Shown here in pieces: positions 23,661 through 31,761 of a DNA stretch of 44,286 bases. The DNA is from a virus: the IMG/VR virus record IMGVR_UViG_3300022904_000001. One strand, 5' to 3'. The notes under the pieces are model-generated. The model saw nothing but the letters and a program-made list of their open reading frames with translations, did no database searches and had not been told where the DNA came from. A program made the translations under genes and the position numbers. Within the stretch, counting starts at the first letter, position 1; each line of letters opens with the position of its first letter.

Positions 23661-25028
23661 TCAACTCTTCATGAACCGCACGCGCGGGCGCGGCTGGACG
23701 TCGATCTCCATCAGCGCATAGCGCATCTGGTCCATGCCATCGTCCTCGTCCTTCATGGGCTCGTCCTTGCCCTTGTCGTTCCAGACGTAGCCGGGAATCT
23801 CCGCGACCGTGGAGGTCGGCTTCTTGGCTTCCTCCGCTTCGAGGTCGCGCACGATCCCGGCGTCGCGGAAGAACTTCAGGCGCGCACGGCCGCGGGCGTC
23901 GGGGCGGAAGCGTGAGGCTGTGACCTGAAGGCCATCCTTCACGCTCTTGTTCGCCGGCCGGGTGGGCTGGCCGATGTGGCGTTCAAGTGTGGCCCGGTCC
24001 TCAGCATCGTGATCGCAGATGATGATGGATGGGCGCTTGGCCTGCCAGCCGGTGACCGGCTCGCCATCGTACGGCAGGATGTGCCCGGTCTCCGGATCGA
24101 CCGGCCCCCAGCCGCAATGCGCACGGATCATGCGCGCGTGGTCCTCCACGAGGACTTTCGTCTTGTGGATCTCGTTGACCAGGATCGCCTCACCGTCTGG
24201 GGCGACCGCCCAATCTCCCCAGACGAACGGGTGCACGAATCCGAAGTCCACACTCCAGATGCGGCGCCAGTCCTCGGGGATCTCGAACCGGTCGACCACG
24301 TGCAGCGCCGGGTTGAAGTCTTCGTAGATGACACCTTCGGCTGCTGCCCAGATGCCCTTGCGCAGGCGCAGGTAGCGCACGCCGGTGAGCGAGTCGAGCT
24401 TCTCCATGTAGTTGCGGCCGGCCTCGGTCGCGGTGCCGTCCTCGTTGAAATACCGCGGGTTGTCCTCGTGACGCGAGTGCAGCATGAGCGTCTTGCCAGC
24501 CTCGCAGCGCAGCTTCAGCCAGTGCGTGGGCTCCTGCGGATTGCAGTCCATGATGATCTGCGAGAAGGAGATGGCGCCGTTGCGCAGGCGGGACACGCAA
24601 GCTTCGAGATCCTCGACCTCGATCTCAGTGGCTTCCTGGATGTAGATCACGTCGTACTCGGTGGACATGACCTTCATCGGGTTGTCCATGCCGCCGATGG
24701 CGATGCGTGAACCGTTCGAGTAGCGGTAGCTCGGAGGCTCGCGGCGGTTGCCGCCGAAGAAGCTGACGGTGCCGTCCAGCAGCGCCTGCACGGCTACGTG
24801 CTTCTCGTACGTCTCGATGCCTGAGGTGGTGAGCGAGACGGCGGTCTTGCGCAGCATGAGCGCGCGCACGTTGGGCGTGAGCAGGCAGATGTAGTGCAGC
24901 TTCTCCAGCGCGGCGCGGCTCTTGCCGGTGCCGGCCGGGCCGGCGAGCAGTACTTCACCCCCGCGGTACCGCATGGCTTCTGCTGCGGCGCCCCGGGGGC
25001 GGAAGTGGTGGACGAGGGCGGTGGTCAC
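23661..25028 (-). CDS. terminase large subunit (455 aa)
   Basis: Walker A GPAGTGKS. Contains ..VIYIQEATE... A C-terminal nuclease-type region follows. GTG start overlaps the upstream stop (GTGA). Confidence 0.85.
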   Translation of the reverse strand: MTTALVHHFRPRGAAAEAMRYRGGEVLLAGPAGTGKSRAALEKLHYICLLTPNVRALMLRKTAVSLTTSGIETYEKHVAVQALLDGTVSFFGGNRREPPSYRYSNGSRIAIGGMDNPMKVMSTEYDVIYIQEATEIEVEDLEACVSRLRNGAISFSQIIMDCNPQEPTHWLKLRCEAGKTLMLHSRHEDNPRYFNEDGTATEAGRNYMEKLDSLTGVRYLRLRKGIWAAAEGVIYEDFNPALHVVDRFEIPEDWRRIWSVDFGFVHPFVWGDWAVAPDGEAILVNEIHKTKVLVEDHARMIRAHCGWGPVDPETGHILPYDGEPVTGWQAKRPSIIICDHDAEDRATLERHIGQPTRPANKSVKDGLQVTASRFRPDARGRARLKFFRDAGIVRDLEAEEAKKPTSTVAEIPGYVWNDKGKDEPMKDEDDGMDQMRYALMEIDVQPRPRVRFMKS

Positions 25029-25186
25029 GCCTTGACGGTAATCGGCGTCGCGCTCTTGCAGTATGCGATGTACTCCGTGCTGGTCATACGGCGCCGGACC
25101 TTGCGCATGAGGATCATGCGGTCAACCCAATGCGCGACAGGGAAGGCCACGTTCTGGACACTGAGTAGAGCCATTCGATCAATCAT
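25025..25186 (-). CDS. 53-aa protein, leaderless, between terS and terL
   Basis: MIDRMALLSVQNVAFPVAHWVDRMILMRKVRRRMTSTEYIAYCKSATPITVKA. The promoter motif lies 6 nt upstream. Below the ORF-track cutoff. Confidence 0.5.
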   Translation of the reverse strand: MIDRMALLSVQNVAFPVAHWVDRMILMRKVRRRMTSTEYIAYCKSATPITVKA

Positions 25187-25203
25187 GCCTCTACTATAGC
25201 AGA
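25187..25203 (-). promoter_or_regulatory. Conserved promoter motif, leaderless (tctgcTATAGTagaggcATG)
   Basis: -10 is the reverse complement of 25193-25198. ATG at 25186. Confidence 0.6.
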
Positions 25204-25211
25204 CCTATGGC

Positions 25212-25718
25212 CTACTGCAAGTCCTCGGCCGAGAAACCTTCGATGCGGTACGTCGTGGTCGTGTTCATGTCGCCGGTCACCTGCAAGCGCGTCGGGAGCT
25301 GGCCCATCTCCTCGGCGGCCTGCTTGAGCACCTGAGCAGCCGCGCGCACGTCCACCTCATGCACGATGACCTCGGTCGTCTCGCCGGTATCGTCCTCGAC
25401 CGTCTCGCGGATGATCTTGCCGTTCGGTGCCACCTTCGGCGTGGGCGTACGCGCTACCTCGAACAGCTCTTCCAGTGCGCGCAGGCGTTCCGCCTTCTGC
25501 GCGATCAGGATGCCGGCGAACTCGTTCTCCGCATCGGCGCGCAGCGCGTTGATGGCCTCGGCCTCGCGCTGCTTGAACTGCGTGATCGCGCCCTCGGTGA
25601 CGCCGTAGCGCTCAGCCAGCTCCTTCTGCGTGACGTTCTCCAGCGCCAGCGCGCGGATCAGGCCATTGCGCTTCAAGCCGCCGAGCTTGCTGCGGTCGCG
25701 CTTCGTGGCCCCGCTCAT
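25212..25718 (-). CDS. terminase small subunit with N-terminal HTH (168 aa)
   Basis: NVTQKELAERYGVTEGAITQFKQRE. Position is upstream of terL. Confidence 0.7.
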   Translation of the reverse strand: MSGATKRDRSKLGGLKRNGLIRALALENVTQKELAERYGVTEGAITQFKQREAEAINALRADAENEFAGILIAQKAERLRALEELFEVARTPTPKVAPNGKIIRETVEDDTGETTEVIVHEVDVRAAAQVLKQAAEEMGQLPTRLQVTGDMNTTTTYRIEGFSAEDLQ

Positions 25719-26155
25719 CGCTCCGCCTCAAAGACGCACGAAGCTGACCACCTGGCACGGCACCGGACGCAAAACGGGTCCTCAGTCTCGCCAATACGCC
25801 AGACGTGATCGCACTCCAGTTCCTGCACCGGAAGTGCAGGTTTAGGAAGCTCTTTATCCACAGCCTGTGGATAACTTTCCCGAGCACGCGGCTGGCCAGG
25901 ACCGTAATTGCCCAAAGACGCGCACTCATGCATCAGCGCGCCCGGTTCCCGACGCAAGGAGCCGAGCGGGTAGCCATGAGGGCACCGCTCAGGCTGTGGA
26001 TAAACCTGCGGAACATGCCCGCGGCAGGACTCCTCCGGCCAGCGACACGGCACGGGATGCTCAGGCGCGTCCGGGCCGAACTGCCACGTCGGGCGCTCGG
26101 AAACAGGCCACCGCGTGCGCGCATCGAAGACCAACCTGACCTCGCTACTAGCCAC
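25715..26155 (-). CDS. Cys-rich hypothetical protein (146 aa), atypical codon usage
   Basis: ATGA overlap with the terS start. Many T-ending codons. Carries the three DnaA-box-like repeats. Coding status is uncertain. Confidence 0.4.
   Translation of the reverse strand: MASSEVRLVFDARTRWPVSERPTWQFGPDAPEHPVPCRWPEESCRGHVPQVYPQPERCPHGYPLGSLRREPGALMHECASLGNYGPGQPRARESYPQAVDKELPKPALPVQELECDHVWRIGETEDPFCVRCRARWSASCVFEAER
25854..25874. promoter_or_regulatory. Perfect palindrome of two DnaA-box-type 9-mers TTATCCACA-gcc-TGTGGATAA
   Basis: Read directly from the sequence. TTATCCACA is the classical DnaA box consensus. Confidence 0.6.
25990..26004. promoter_or_regulatory. Third copy of the 15-bp unit CAGGCTGTGGATAAA
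   Basis: Matches the reverse complement of 25851-25865 (caggctgtggataaa) and 25861-25875 (cagcctgtggataac). Confidence 0.6.
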
Positions 26156-26318
26156 CGAAGCCTCCCGAGATCGCGACCGGGATGAGGATCACGAGCACGA
26201 CGATAGCCGCGAGCTTGATCAGGGCCCACCAGCGTGCGCGACGGCCGTACCTCTCGGCACGCGCACGCCCGTACTCATCGGCGCCGGAGTGCCAGGCGCG
26301 CTCGAAGAAGTCAGGCAT
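26148..26318 (-). CDS. 56-aa tail-anchored membrane protein
   Basis: MPDFFERAWHSGADEYGRARAERYGRRARWWALIKLAAIVVLVILIPVAISGGFGG. The ATG directly follows the upstream TAG. Confidence 0.5.
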   Translation of the reverse strand: MPDFFERAWHSGADEYGRARAERYGRRARWWALIKLAAIVVLVILIPVAISGGFGG

Positions 26319-26537
26319 CTACCGTCCCTCCCCTTGCGCGATGAGCCGCGGAATGAAGATGACTCCGTGGCCGAGCACGAGAGCGGCCAGGAACGACAGC
26401 ACGCCGGCAGCGAACTGGCCGGTGAGGGTGAACCAGTAACCCCAGATCAGGAACCAGAAGGCGAGCACGGACGTGGCTCCTGCGGCGACCGCCACCGTGG
26501 CGCGAGCGGTCCGAGGCAATTGCGTCGGCTGGGTCAT
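26319..26537 (-). CDS. membrane protein (72 aa, 2 TM)
   Basis: ORF track. Hydrophobic segments. Confidence 0.6.
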   Translation of the reverse strand: MTQPTQLPRTARATVAVAAGATSVLAFWFLIWGYWFTLTGQFAAGVLSFLAALVLGHGVIFIPRLIAQGEGR

Positions 26538-26926
26538 CGAATGGCCTCCTTGAACGCTCCCAGCGTGGCATGGCGCCGGAAGAAGTGCTCATCACTCCAC
26601 GTCCAGAACGATGTCCAGTCATCATCGGTGCGCACGGCCACCGCGGACTGCTTGCCGCGCTGCAACCGCATGGCCCACAGCGTCTTGGTCTTGGCGCTCG
26701 GGGTGCCACGGATCGAGTGCGGGGTGTGCCCGATGGACTGCCACGGACCAGCGACCTTCCAGCCGAGAAGGTCCGCCTCCACGGCCAGGGTCGCGACCGG
26801 ATCGGGTGGTGAGGCGATCGGCTCATCGCGGGAGGTGAGTGCGGGCGCCGGGAACGGACTGCGCGCCGCGGGCGCGGGCGCTTCGCCGACCGGCGGGAAC
26901 GGGTAATGCCTGATTTCGAGCATCAC
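26534..26926 (-). CDS. hypothetical protein (130 aa)
   Basis: ORF track. ATGA overlaps. Confidence 0.6.
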   Translation of the reverse strand: MMLEIRHYPFPPVGEAPAPAARSPFPAPALTSRDEPIASPPDPVATLAVEADLLGWKVAGPWQSIGHTPHSIRGTPSAKTKTLWAMRLQRGKQSAVAVRTDDDWTSFWTWSDEHFFRRHATLGAFKEAIR

Positions 26927-27372
26927 GGGTGATACACCATGCCTTGGATGGCACTGTCCGGATCACCGAGCTCGATGGCCGCGAAGACGGCCTGTGCCGG
27001 CGAAGCCTCAAGGAAATGCACGGCACGCGTCAGGGCTGCCTGATCCAGCCAGCCGATGATCCGGTTGCAGGTCCGGTCTCCGCCGGAACAGAGCAGGCCG
27101 CGGACGGCTTGCGGGCGGAAGCCGAGCACGTGATTGTGATCAATGCCGAGCCGGCGCGCACCAGTGCCCTTCGGATCGTCCGGATGCTTGCCGCGCGCTT
27201 TCTGGCAGATGTAGCAACGGCCGAGCTGCGCGAGGTAGAGGCCACGGTACATCTGCGGCGTGACGCCGTACGTGGTGAATGCGTGCCGGTAGAACGTGCG
27301 CCACTCCCGCGCCACCGGCGCGAGCATGCCGGCCGGTGGCGTCCAGGAGGTGACCGGATCTTCCCTGGTCAT
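26923..27372 (-). CDS. recombination endonuclease VII family protein
   Basis: GRCYICQK...LGIDHNHVLG...VRGLLCSGGDRTCN matches the C.iC...DHdH...RGlLC..CN signature. Confidence 0.75.
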   Translation of the reverse strand: MTREDPVTSWTPPAGMLAPVAREWRTFYRHAFTTYGVTPQMYRGLYLAQLGRCYICQKARGKHPDDPKGTGARRLGIDHNHVLGFRPQAVRGLLCSGGDRTCNRIIGWLDQAALTRAVHFLEASPAQAVFAAIELGDPDSAIQGMVYHP

Positions 27373-27722
27373 CGTTCAGCGATGGTGTAGAAGGTCCGGT
27401 TCCTGCTGGCGTTGAACGAGACCACCTTGACGGTTCCGTCCTTGAGTTCCACCTCCCGCTGCACGGTGGTGGGCACCTTGCGATGGCTGACGGCCAGGAA
27501 GCCGTCATGCGCCATCCGGTGCATGTGCGCAAGCACGCTGTTGGGCGCGAGCTCGAAGCGCTCGCCGGCCTCGACCGCAAGCTCGATCGCCTCGCGCGGC
27601 TCGGTGTGGCTGAGCTGATCCCACACGTGCTGCCAGGCGCGTGCGACCTTGCCGCCCTTGTTGCCGTTGTTGCCCACCTTGGGCAGGGGCGCTTCGCCGT
27701 TCGGCCTGTCTTTCACATTCAT
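27369..27722 (-). CDS. putative winged-helix DNA-binding protein (117 aa), leaderless
   Basis: Start MNVKDRPNG at 27722. Contains ..NSVLAHMHRMAHDGFLAVSHRK.. The promoter motif lies 6 nt upstream. Confidence 0.45.
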   Translation of the reverse strand: MNVKDRPNGEAPLPKVGNNGNKGGKVARAWQHVWDQLSHTEPREAIELAVEAGERFELAPNSVLAHMHRMAHDGFLAVSHRKVPTTVQREVELKDGTVKVVSFNASRNRTFYTIAER

Positions 27723-27740
27723 TACTCTACTATGCCTCAG
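27723..27740 (-). promoter_or_regulatory. Conserved promoter motif variant, leaderless (gaggCATAGTagagtaATG)
   Basis: -10 is the reverse complement of 27729-27734. Confidence 0.5.
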
Positions 27741-28245
27741 TAAGGCAGGAAAAGCAATCCACCACGTCACGGTTATCGACCATGCGGTAGCGCTTCAGGC
27801 CCTGCGGAGGGTTGCAGGCGGGCCGCTCCCCTGCCCGGAGGTGCACCGGCGCCGGCAGGACCCGCACGCGCACGATGGAGGGCGCCACGTGCCTGCTGAC
27901 GGCAACCACGAGGCCGGTCCGGATCGCCTCATGGACGATCTTCGCGAGGCCGGTCCGCCGCAGTGGTGAGCCGGCCGGCGCCGTCCAACCGGTATGGCCG
28001 CCCTGAACGACCTCAGTACCCATCTCCAAGGCGCGTATGAGGCGACTGATCTCCAGATCGGTGACGCCGTTCTCGAACGGCGCGCTGTCCGGCTGGATGT
28101 GTGCCACGGCGCGCTCCACGGCGCGTGTAGGGGTCTCGGAATCGGCCAGGCGAGCGCGGCACGCCGGCAGGTGCCGCGCGACGTTGCCGACCTCGCGCGT
28201 GCAGGAAGGGCAGGTACCGGCCTGCGGTCCGTATGGGTGCATCAT
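27730..28245 (-). CDS. hypothetical protein with N-terminal CxxC...C motif (171 aa), leaderless
   Basis: MMHPYGPQAGTCPSCTREVGNVARHLPAC.... The promoter motif lies 6 nt upstream. Confidence 0.6.
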   Translation of the reverse strand: MMHPYGPQAGTCPSCTREVGNVARHLPACRARLADSETPTRAVERAVAHIQPDSAPFENGVTDLEISRLIRALEMGTEVVQGGHTGWTAPAGSPLRRTGLAKIVHEAIRTGLVVAVSRHVAPSIVRVRVLPAPVHLRAGERPACNPPQGLKRYRMVDNRDVVDCFSCLTEA

Positions 28246-28262
28246 AGCTCAACTATAGCAGA
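28246..28262 (-). promoter_or_regulatory. Conserved promoter motif, leaderless (tctgcTATAGTtgagctATG)
   Basis: -10 is the reverse complement of 28252-28257. ATG at 28245. Confidence 0.6.
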
Positions 28263-28269
28263 CGGGCCG

Positions 28270-28550
28270 TAGATGTGCAGGATCGGCCAGGGGAGCCTGC
28301 ACATGATGTTTTCCCTGCTCAGGGGCCGTTTTTCGAGCAAGTGTGCAGGGTTGTGCAGGGTATTTCCCTACTCGGTTCTTACATTGAGAAAACCCCTTAC
28401 TCCCTGGAGCCCTTTTATATATACGTACTTTTACCTTGCACATCTTGCACAAGAGAGTAAATAAGGGGGGTGAGCTGCAAAAACGGGTGTGCAGGGTACC
28501 GATCGGTACCCTGCACACACCCTGCACCGCAGGCCAGACCCTGCACACCT
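28270..28550. promoter_or_regulatory. Origin-of-replication-like region: at least 8 TGTGCAGG(G) iterons, an AT-rich patch and a 32-bp perfect palindrome
   Basis: Iterons at 28275, 28296(rc), 28341, 28351, 28487-28518 (palindrome gtgtgcagggtaccga|tcggtaccctgcacac), 28520(rc) and 28539(rc). AT-rich segment cccttttatatatacgtacttttacc at about 28410-28436. No credible ORF. Confidence 0.6.
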
Positions 28551-28551
28551 C

Positions 28552-30888
28552 TCAAATGGCGTCTGACCCGATGCCGTGCAAGACGGTCACGAACTTCCCC
28601 TCACTGCGTGTCCGCTTTGAGGTGAGGCCGTCCACCTTCTGCCGAAGATCCCGACTAAAGATCTCTTTGGTAGTCGTGTCCCTTGTGCGGCCTTCGCCCT
28701 CGCACCAGTTCCGGTATTTGAGGTATAGGTGATCAAGGTCAATCGCCTGTTTCGGATCGACCGTGCACCAGTCCTCGATGAAGGCGCCGATCGGGTCCGC
28801 GAGCCGGCGCGTAGCCTCCGCCTCGCCGCGCCCGCTCTCAGGCTGAGTGAAGCGACCGCGCTCATCGAGCCGGTCGAGTCCGTCCAGGGCCCAGTTCAGG
28901 ATGCCGCTCAATTCCCCCATCAGCTTCTCGGTCAGGGCAGTGTCCTCGCGGCCGTAGAACGACTGCTTGAACGCGACGTAGAGCATGCGGTCAACCAAAG
29001 CGCCGGACCGGTCGGAGAAGGTGGGCGTGTCGTTGCTCATGAGCATGAAGCGCACCCCGAGGCGGCCCTTCCATGCGGCCTTGTTCTTGCGGTGAACCGT
29101 GACGTGGTCCTCGCCCGAGATCTCCAGCATCACCTGGACGGCATCACCGATATTGCGCGAGTGCCAGCGCACATCCGAAGCCACGGCCAATGCGGAGCCC
29201 ACGAACGGCTCAAGGCCGAAGGTGCCGCCGATAAGGCCGAGGTTGAGTCCGGAGACATTGTCCTTGCCCACCAAGGCCGTCAGGACACGGGCGATCGTGC
29301 CCTTGCCGGAACGCTTCTTGCCGATCAGGGCAGCCATCTTCTGCTGATCCGTGCGGCCGCTCAGGACGTACCCGAACCACTCTCCGAGGAAGTCCTGCGC
29401 CTGGCCGTCGTCCGGGAGCACCTGATCAAGGAAGCCCTGCCAGTTCGGGCACCGTGCATCAGGGTTGTAGTCGAACGGCAGGCTGAACAGATTGAAGCGG
29501 CGCGGCGTGTGCGCCAGCAACTCCCGCCGGACCACGACACCGTTGGCCGCGGCCAGGGCTCGATCCTCCTCGCCGAGATGCTGCAACTCCGCCACGGCGA
29601 GCGCATCCATGACGTTCGCGATCTTCTGCTTCGTGGGAGCCCACGGGTTACGCTCCGGCGCATCCCCCGCCTTCTTGGCCGCGGTCAGGTAAACGGCGTC
29701 GCCGGTCTGCTGATACAGCCAGCGCCGGACGATCGGGTCCGGCTCCACCTCCCAGTGCGCGCCTGTCCACCGATAGAAATCGTCCTGCCACCACATCAGG
29801 TGCGGCACACCGTCACTAGCAGGGATCAGCGTCTTCAGTGCACGCGCGACCTTGAGCGGTTGCCCTGGGGGCGCGAGGATCGCCAGGCCGGGAGTCTCGT
29901 CCGCCTGCAACCGGGCAGGCTCGACGATCTCGGCCATCCACTGGCCCTGCCGTTCGGCATCCGCACGCGACCGCTCGATCGTGCTCAGCGTGTCCTCGTC
30001 GAGGACGTCCCAGCCTTCCGCCGGCCAGCGCTCGCGCCCGAGTCGCGACACCTCGGCCCGGACGTCACCGGCCTCGATCACCGCGCTGTAGTGCCAGCTC
30101 TCGAACGCCAGGTCCCGGACAGCGTTATTGCGGTTGCCCTGGACGAACTTCTCACCGAAGCGCGCGCAGGCGCGCCGCCATGCGTCTCGGACTTGCTCCT
30201 CGGTCATCAGGTGATCCGAGACGGCATCGTCGAAGAGGTCATCGTCGACCGCGACCGCGGGCATCTTCAGCGAGCGCAGGAACGCGACCCATTCCGCGGG
30301 GAGCTGGGGGACCTCCTGTGTGGCGACGGGGACCTTGCACCGCTCGCCGGCCTCGTTGTACCAGAGGTACTCGTTGCCGCTCGGGTGGATGCTCGGTGCC
30401 ACGATCGCGTACCGGTGCCCGTAGTGGAGTAGATCGAGCTTGTCTCCGTAGCGCTCGCGGAGAACGCCCTCGATCCGGGAAAGATCAAGATCGGTAGGAA
30501 TGCGGTAGAAACGGTGCCGGCGTGCGCTGTCCGCGCCGTGACTGGTGGAGTAGGGCCCCGCCGGCAGGGCTACGCCCACCTGCTGCTCCACCTGGCCGAG
30601 GACGTCGGCTCCCTCCAACCCGTCGATATCGAACGCGATAAGGAACTTCGGTAGTCGAATCGCGATGTTGAGGTTTCCGCGCTGGCCGGACCAGACGGTG
30701 AGCTGATCGTGACCGACCTTCTTGCCCTCGCGACCGGTGTAGCCGGCCGGAACAGGCTTCTTCTGCTTCGGCGCGGTGCCGACCGGGATGGGATTTTCCC
30801 AGCCGCGCCGCCAATAGACCTGCGCTCCTCTGGCGTAAGGAGCGGCCAAACCACTACCACTGGTAGGATTCGTCAAGACAGTCTCCAT
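28552..30888 (-). CDS. bifunctional primase-polymerase (Prim-Pol) fused to a D5/P4-type SF3 helicase (778 aa)
   Basis: N-terminus ..IAFDIDG..STSHG..RHRFYRIP..YAIVAPSIHPSGNEYLW. C-terminal P-loop GKKRSGKGT within ..EWFGYVLSG.. Confidence 0.8.
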   Translation of the reverse strand: METVLTNPTSGSGLAAPYARGAQVYWRRGWENPIPVGTAPKQKKPVPAGYTGREGKKVGHDQLTVWSGQRGNLNIAIRLPKFLIAFDIDGLEGADVLGQVEQQVGVALPAGPYSTSHGADSARRHRFYRIPTDLDLSRIEGVLRERYGDKLDLLHYGHRYAIVAPSIHPSGNEYLWYNEAGERCKVPVATQEVPQLPAEWVAFLRSLKMPAVAVDDDLFDDAVSDHLMTEEQVRDAWRRACARFGEKFVQGNRNNAVRDLAFESWHYSAVIEAGDVRAEVSRLGRERWPAEGWDVLDEDTLSTIERSRADAERQGQWMAEIVEPARLQADETPGLAILAPPGQPLKVARALKTLIPASDGVPHLMWWQDDFYRWTGAHWEVEPDPIVRRWLYQQTGDAVYLTAAKKAGDAPERNPWAPTKQKIANVMDALAVAELQHLGEEDRALAAANGVVVRRELLAHTPRRFNLFSLPFDYNPDARCPNWQGFLDQVLPDDGQAQDFLGEWFGYVLSGRTDQQKMAALIGKKRSGKGTIARVLTALVGKDNVSGLNLGLIGGTFGLEPFVGSALAVASDVRWHSRNIGDAVQVMLEISGEDHVTVHRKNKAAWKGRLGVRFMLMSNDTPTFSDRSGALVDRMLYVAFKQSFYGREDTALTEKLMGELSGILNWALDGLDRLDERGRFTQPESGRGEAEATRRLADPIGAFIEDWCTVDPKQAIDLDHLYLKYRNWCEGEGRTRDTTTKEIFSRDLRQKVDGLTSKRTRSEGKFVTVLHGIGSDAI

Positions 30889-30900
30889 ATGTAGTTGATT

Positions 30901-30931
30901 CGGCCCCCGGGATGTCCGTCCACGGGGGCCG
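30901..30931 (-). terminator. Hairpin (9-bp GC arms)
   Basis: cggcccccg / 13 nt / cgggggccg. Lies between 30964 (stop) and 30888 (start). Confidence 0.45.
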
Positions 30932-30963
30932 AGCGCTGTTCAGGGGTGCCTCAGGGTACGCCG

Positions 30964-31230
30964 TCACTTGTTCAAACCAAGATCATCGCAGCGCTGGATG
31001 ACTGCCCTCTGGAGCGTTACCAATTGCTCATACGACATTCCGTCCAGCGCCGACCATCCGTGCTCGTGCATCTCATCGATCCAGCGCAGTTGCTTGTTCC
31101 GTGTGCGTGCTGCACGTGCGGCCGATGGATCGGGCCGCCATGGGCGCGCGGCTTCGATGAATTGTTCGATCCGCGCAATCTCTTGTCGCGCATCCTCTGT
31201 GAGCTGAAACCCGAATGGATCATTTGTCAT
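30964..31230 (-). CDS. hypothetical protein (88 aa), leaderless
   Basis: ORF track. A degenerate promoter motif lies 6 nt upstream. Confidence 0.6.
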   Translation of the reverse strand: MTNDPFGFQLTEDARQEIARIEQFIEAARPWRPDPSAARAARTRNKQLRWIDEMHEHGWSALDGMSYEQLVTLQRAVIQRCDDLGLNK

Positions 31231-31247
31231 GCCTGCATGCTATCAGA
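31231..31247 (-). promoter_or_regulatory. Degenerate promoter motif (tctgaTAGCATgcaggcATG)
   Basis: -10 TAGCAT is the reverse complement of 31237-31242. Flanked by the inverted repeat atcaga..tctgat. Confidence 0.4.
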
Positions 31248-31282
31248 TTCCACTTCTGATAACAGATGCTCAGGCTACGCCG

Positions 31283-31561
31283 CTAGTAGCCCCACATGTC
31301 GTCACGCGGCGCACGCCCGTTGTGCCAGTGCCGCCGCGCCGTCTGGCCGGAGCGATAGTCGTCACCCCATTCGCAGGCGTAGGTGATGACCTTCTCGTCC
31401 GGCTCGTTGTGCCTGCGCCGGTTGATCAGGAAAGCGACCCAGCGGGCATGCCACCAGGATCGGTAGGCGACCTTCATGCGGCGCTTGCGGCGCCGGGCCG
31501 ATCCGGGCGTGCCGTAGCCGTGCTCTTTCGTCCATCGCGAGGACGGACTATTACCGGTCAT
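31283..31561 (-). CDS. basic Trp/Arg-rich hypothetical protein (92 aa)
   Basis: ORF track. ATGA overlap upstream. Confidence 0.5.
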   Translation of the reverse strand: MTGNSPSSRWTKEHGYGTPGSARRRKRRMKVAYRSWWHARWVAFLINRRRHNEPDEKVITYACEWGDDYRSGQTARRHWHNGRAPRDDMWGY

Positions 31562-31761
31562 GCCTGCGGAGGCAGTTTCGGTTCACCGAGCGGCACCCGC
31601 TTCAGTTCCCCGGTAGCCCAATTCAGGCGGTAGTACAGGCCGGTCCCGGCTTTCCGGAAAAACCACCACGGCGAGTCAGCCCAACCGTAATCAGGCTCGA
31701 CGCCGGTCCATGCGCGGATGAGCCGGAGCTTCTTGCGGCTGAGCCGCCCATCGGCACTCAT
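31558..31761 (-). CDS. hypothetical protein (67 aa)
   Basis: Internal ATG (MSADGRLSRKK...) with ATGA overlap to the helicase stop. Confidence 0.5.
   Translation of the reverse strand: MSADGRLSRKKLRLIRAWTGVEPDYGWADSPWWFFRKAGTGLYYRLNWATGELKRVPLGEPKLPPQA

Noticed and set aside
25854-25874. Calling this palindrome the phage replication origin on the strength of the DnaA-box match
   Set aside because: The iteron field plus AT-rich patch at 28270-28550, next to the primase-helicase gene, is a stronger origin candidate. The DnaA-box repeats lie inside an ORF and next to terS, so their role is left open.
30895-31386. Plus-strand 163-aa ORF
   Set aside because: It lies opposite two better minus-strand genes (30964..31230 and 31283..31561) that fit the operon structure. 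Its start depends on TTG, and it has no RBS or promoter.
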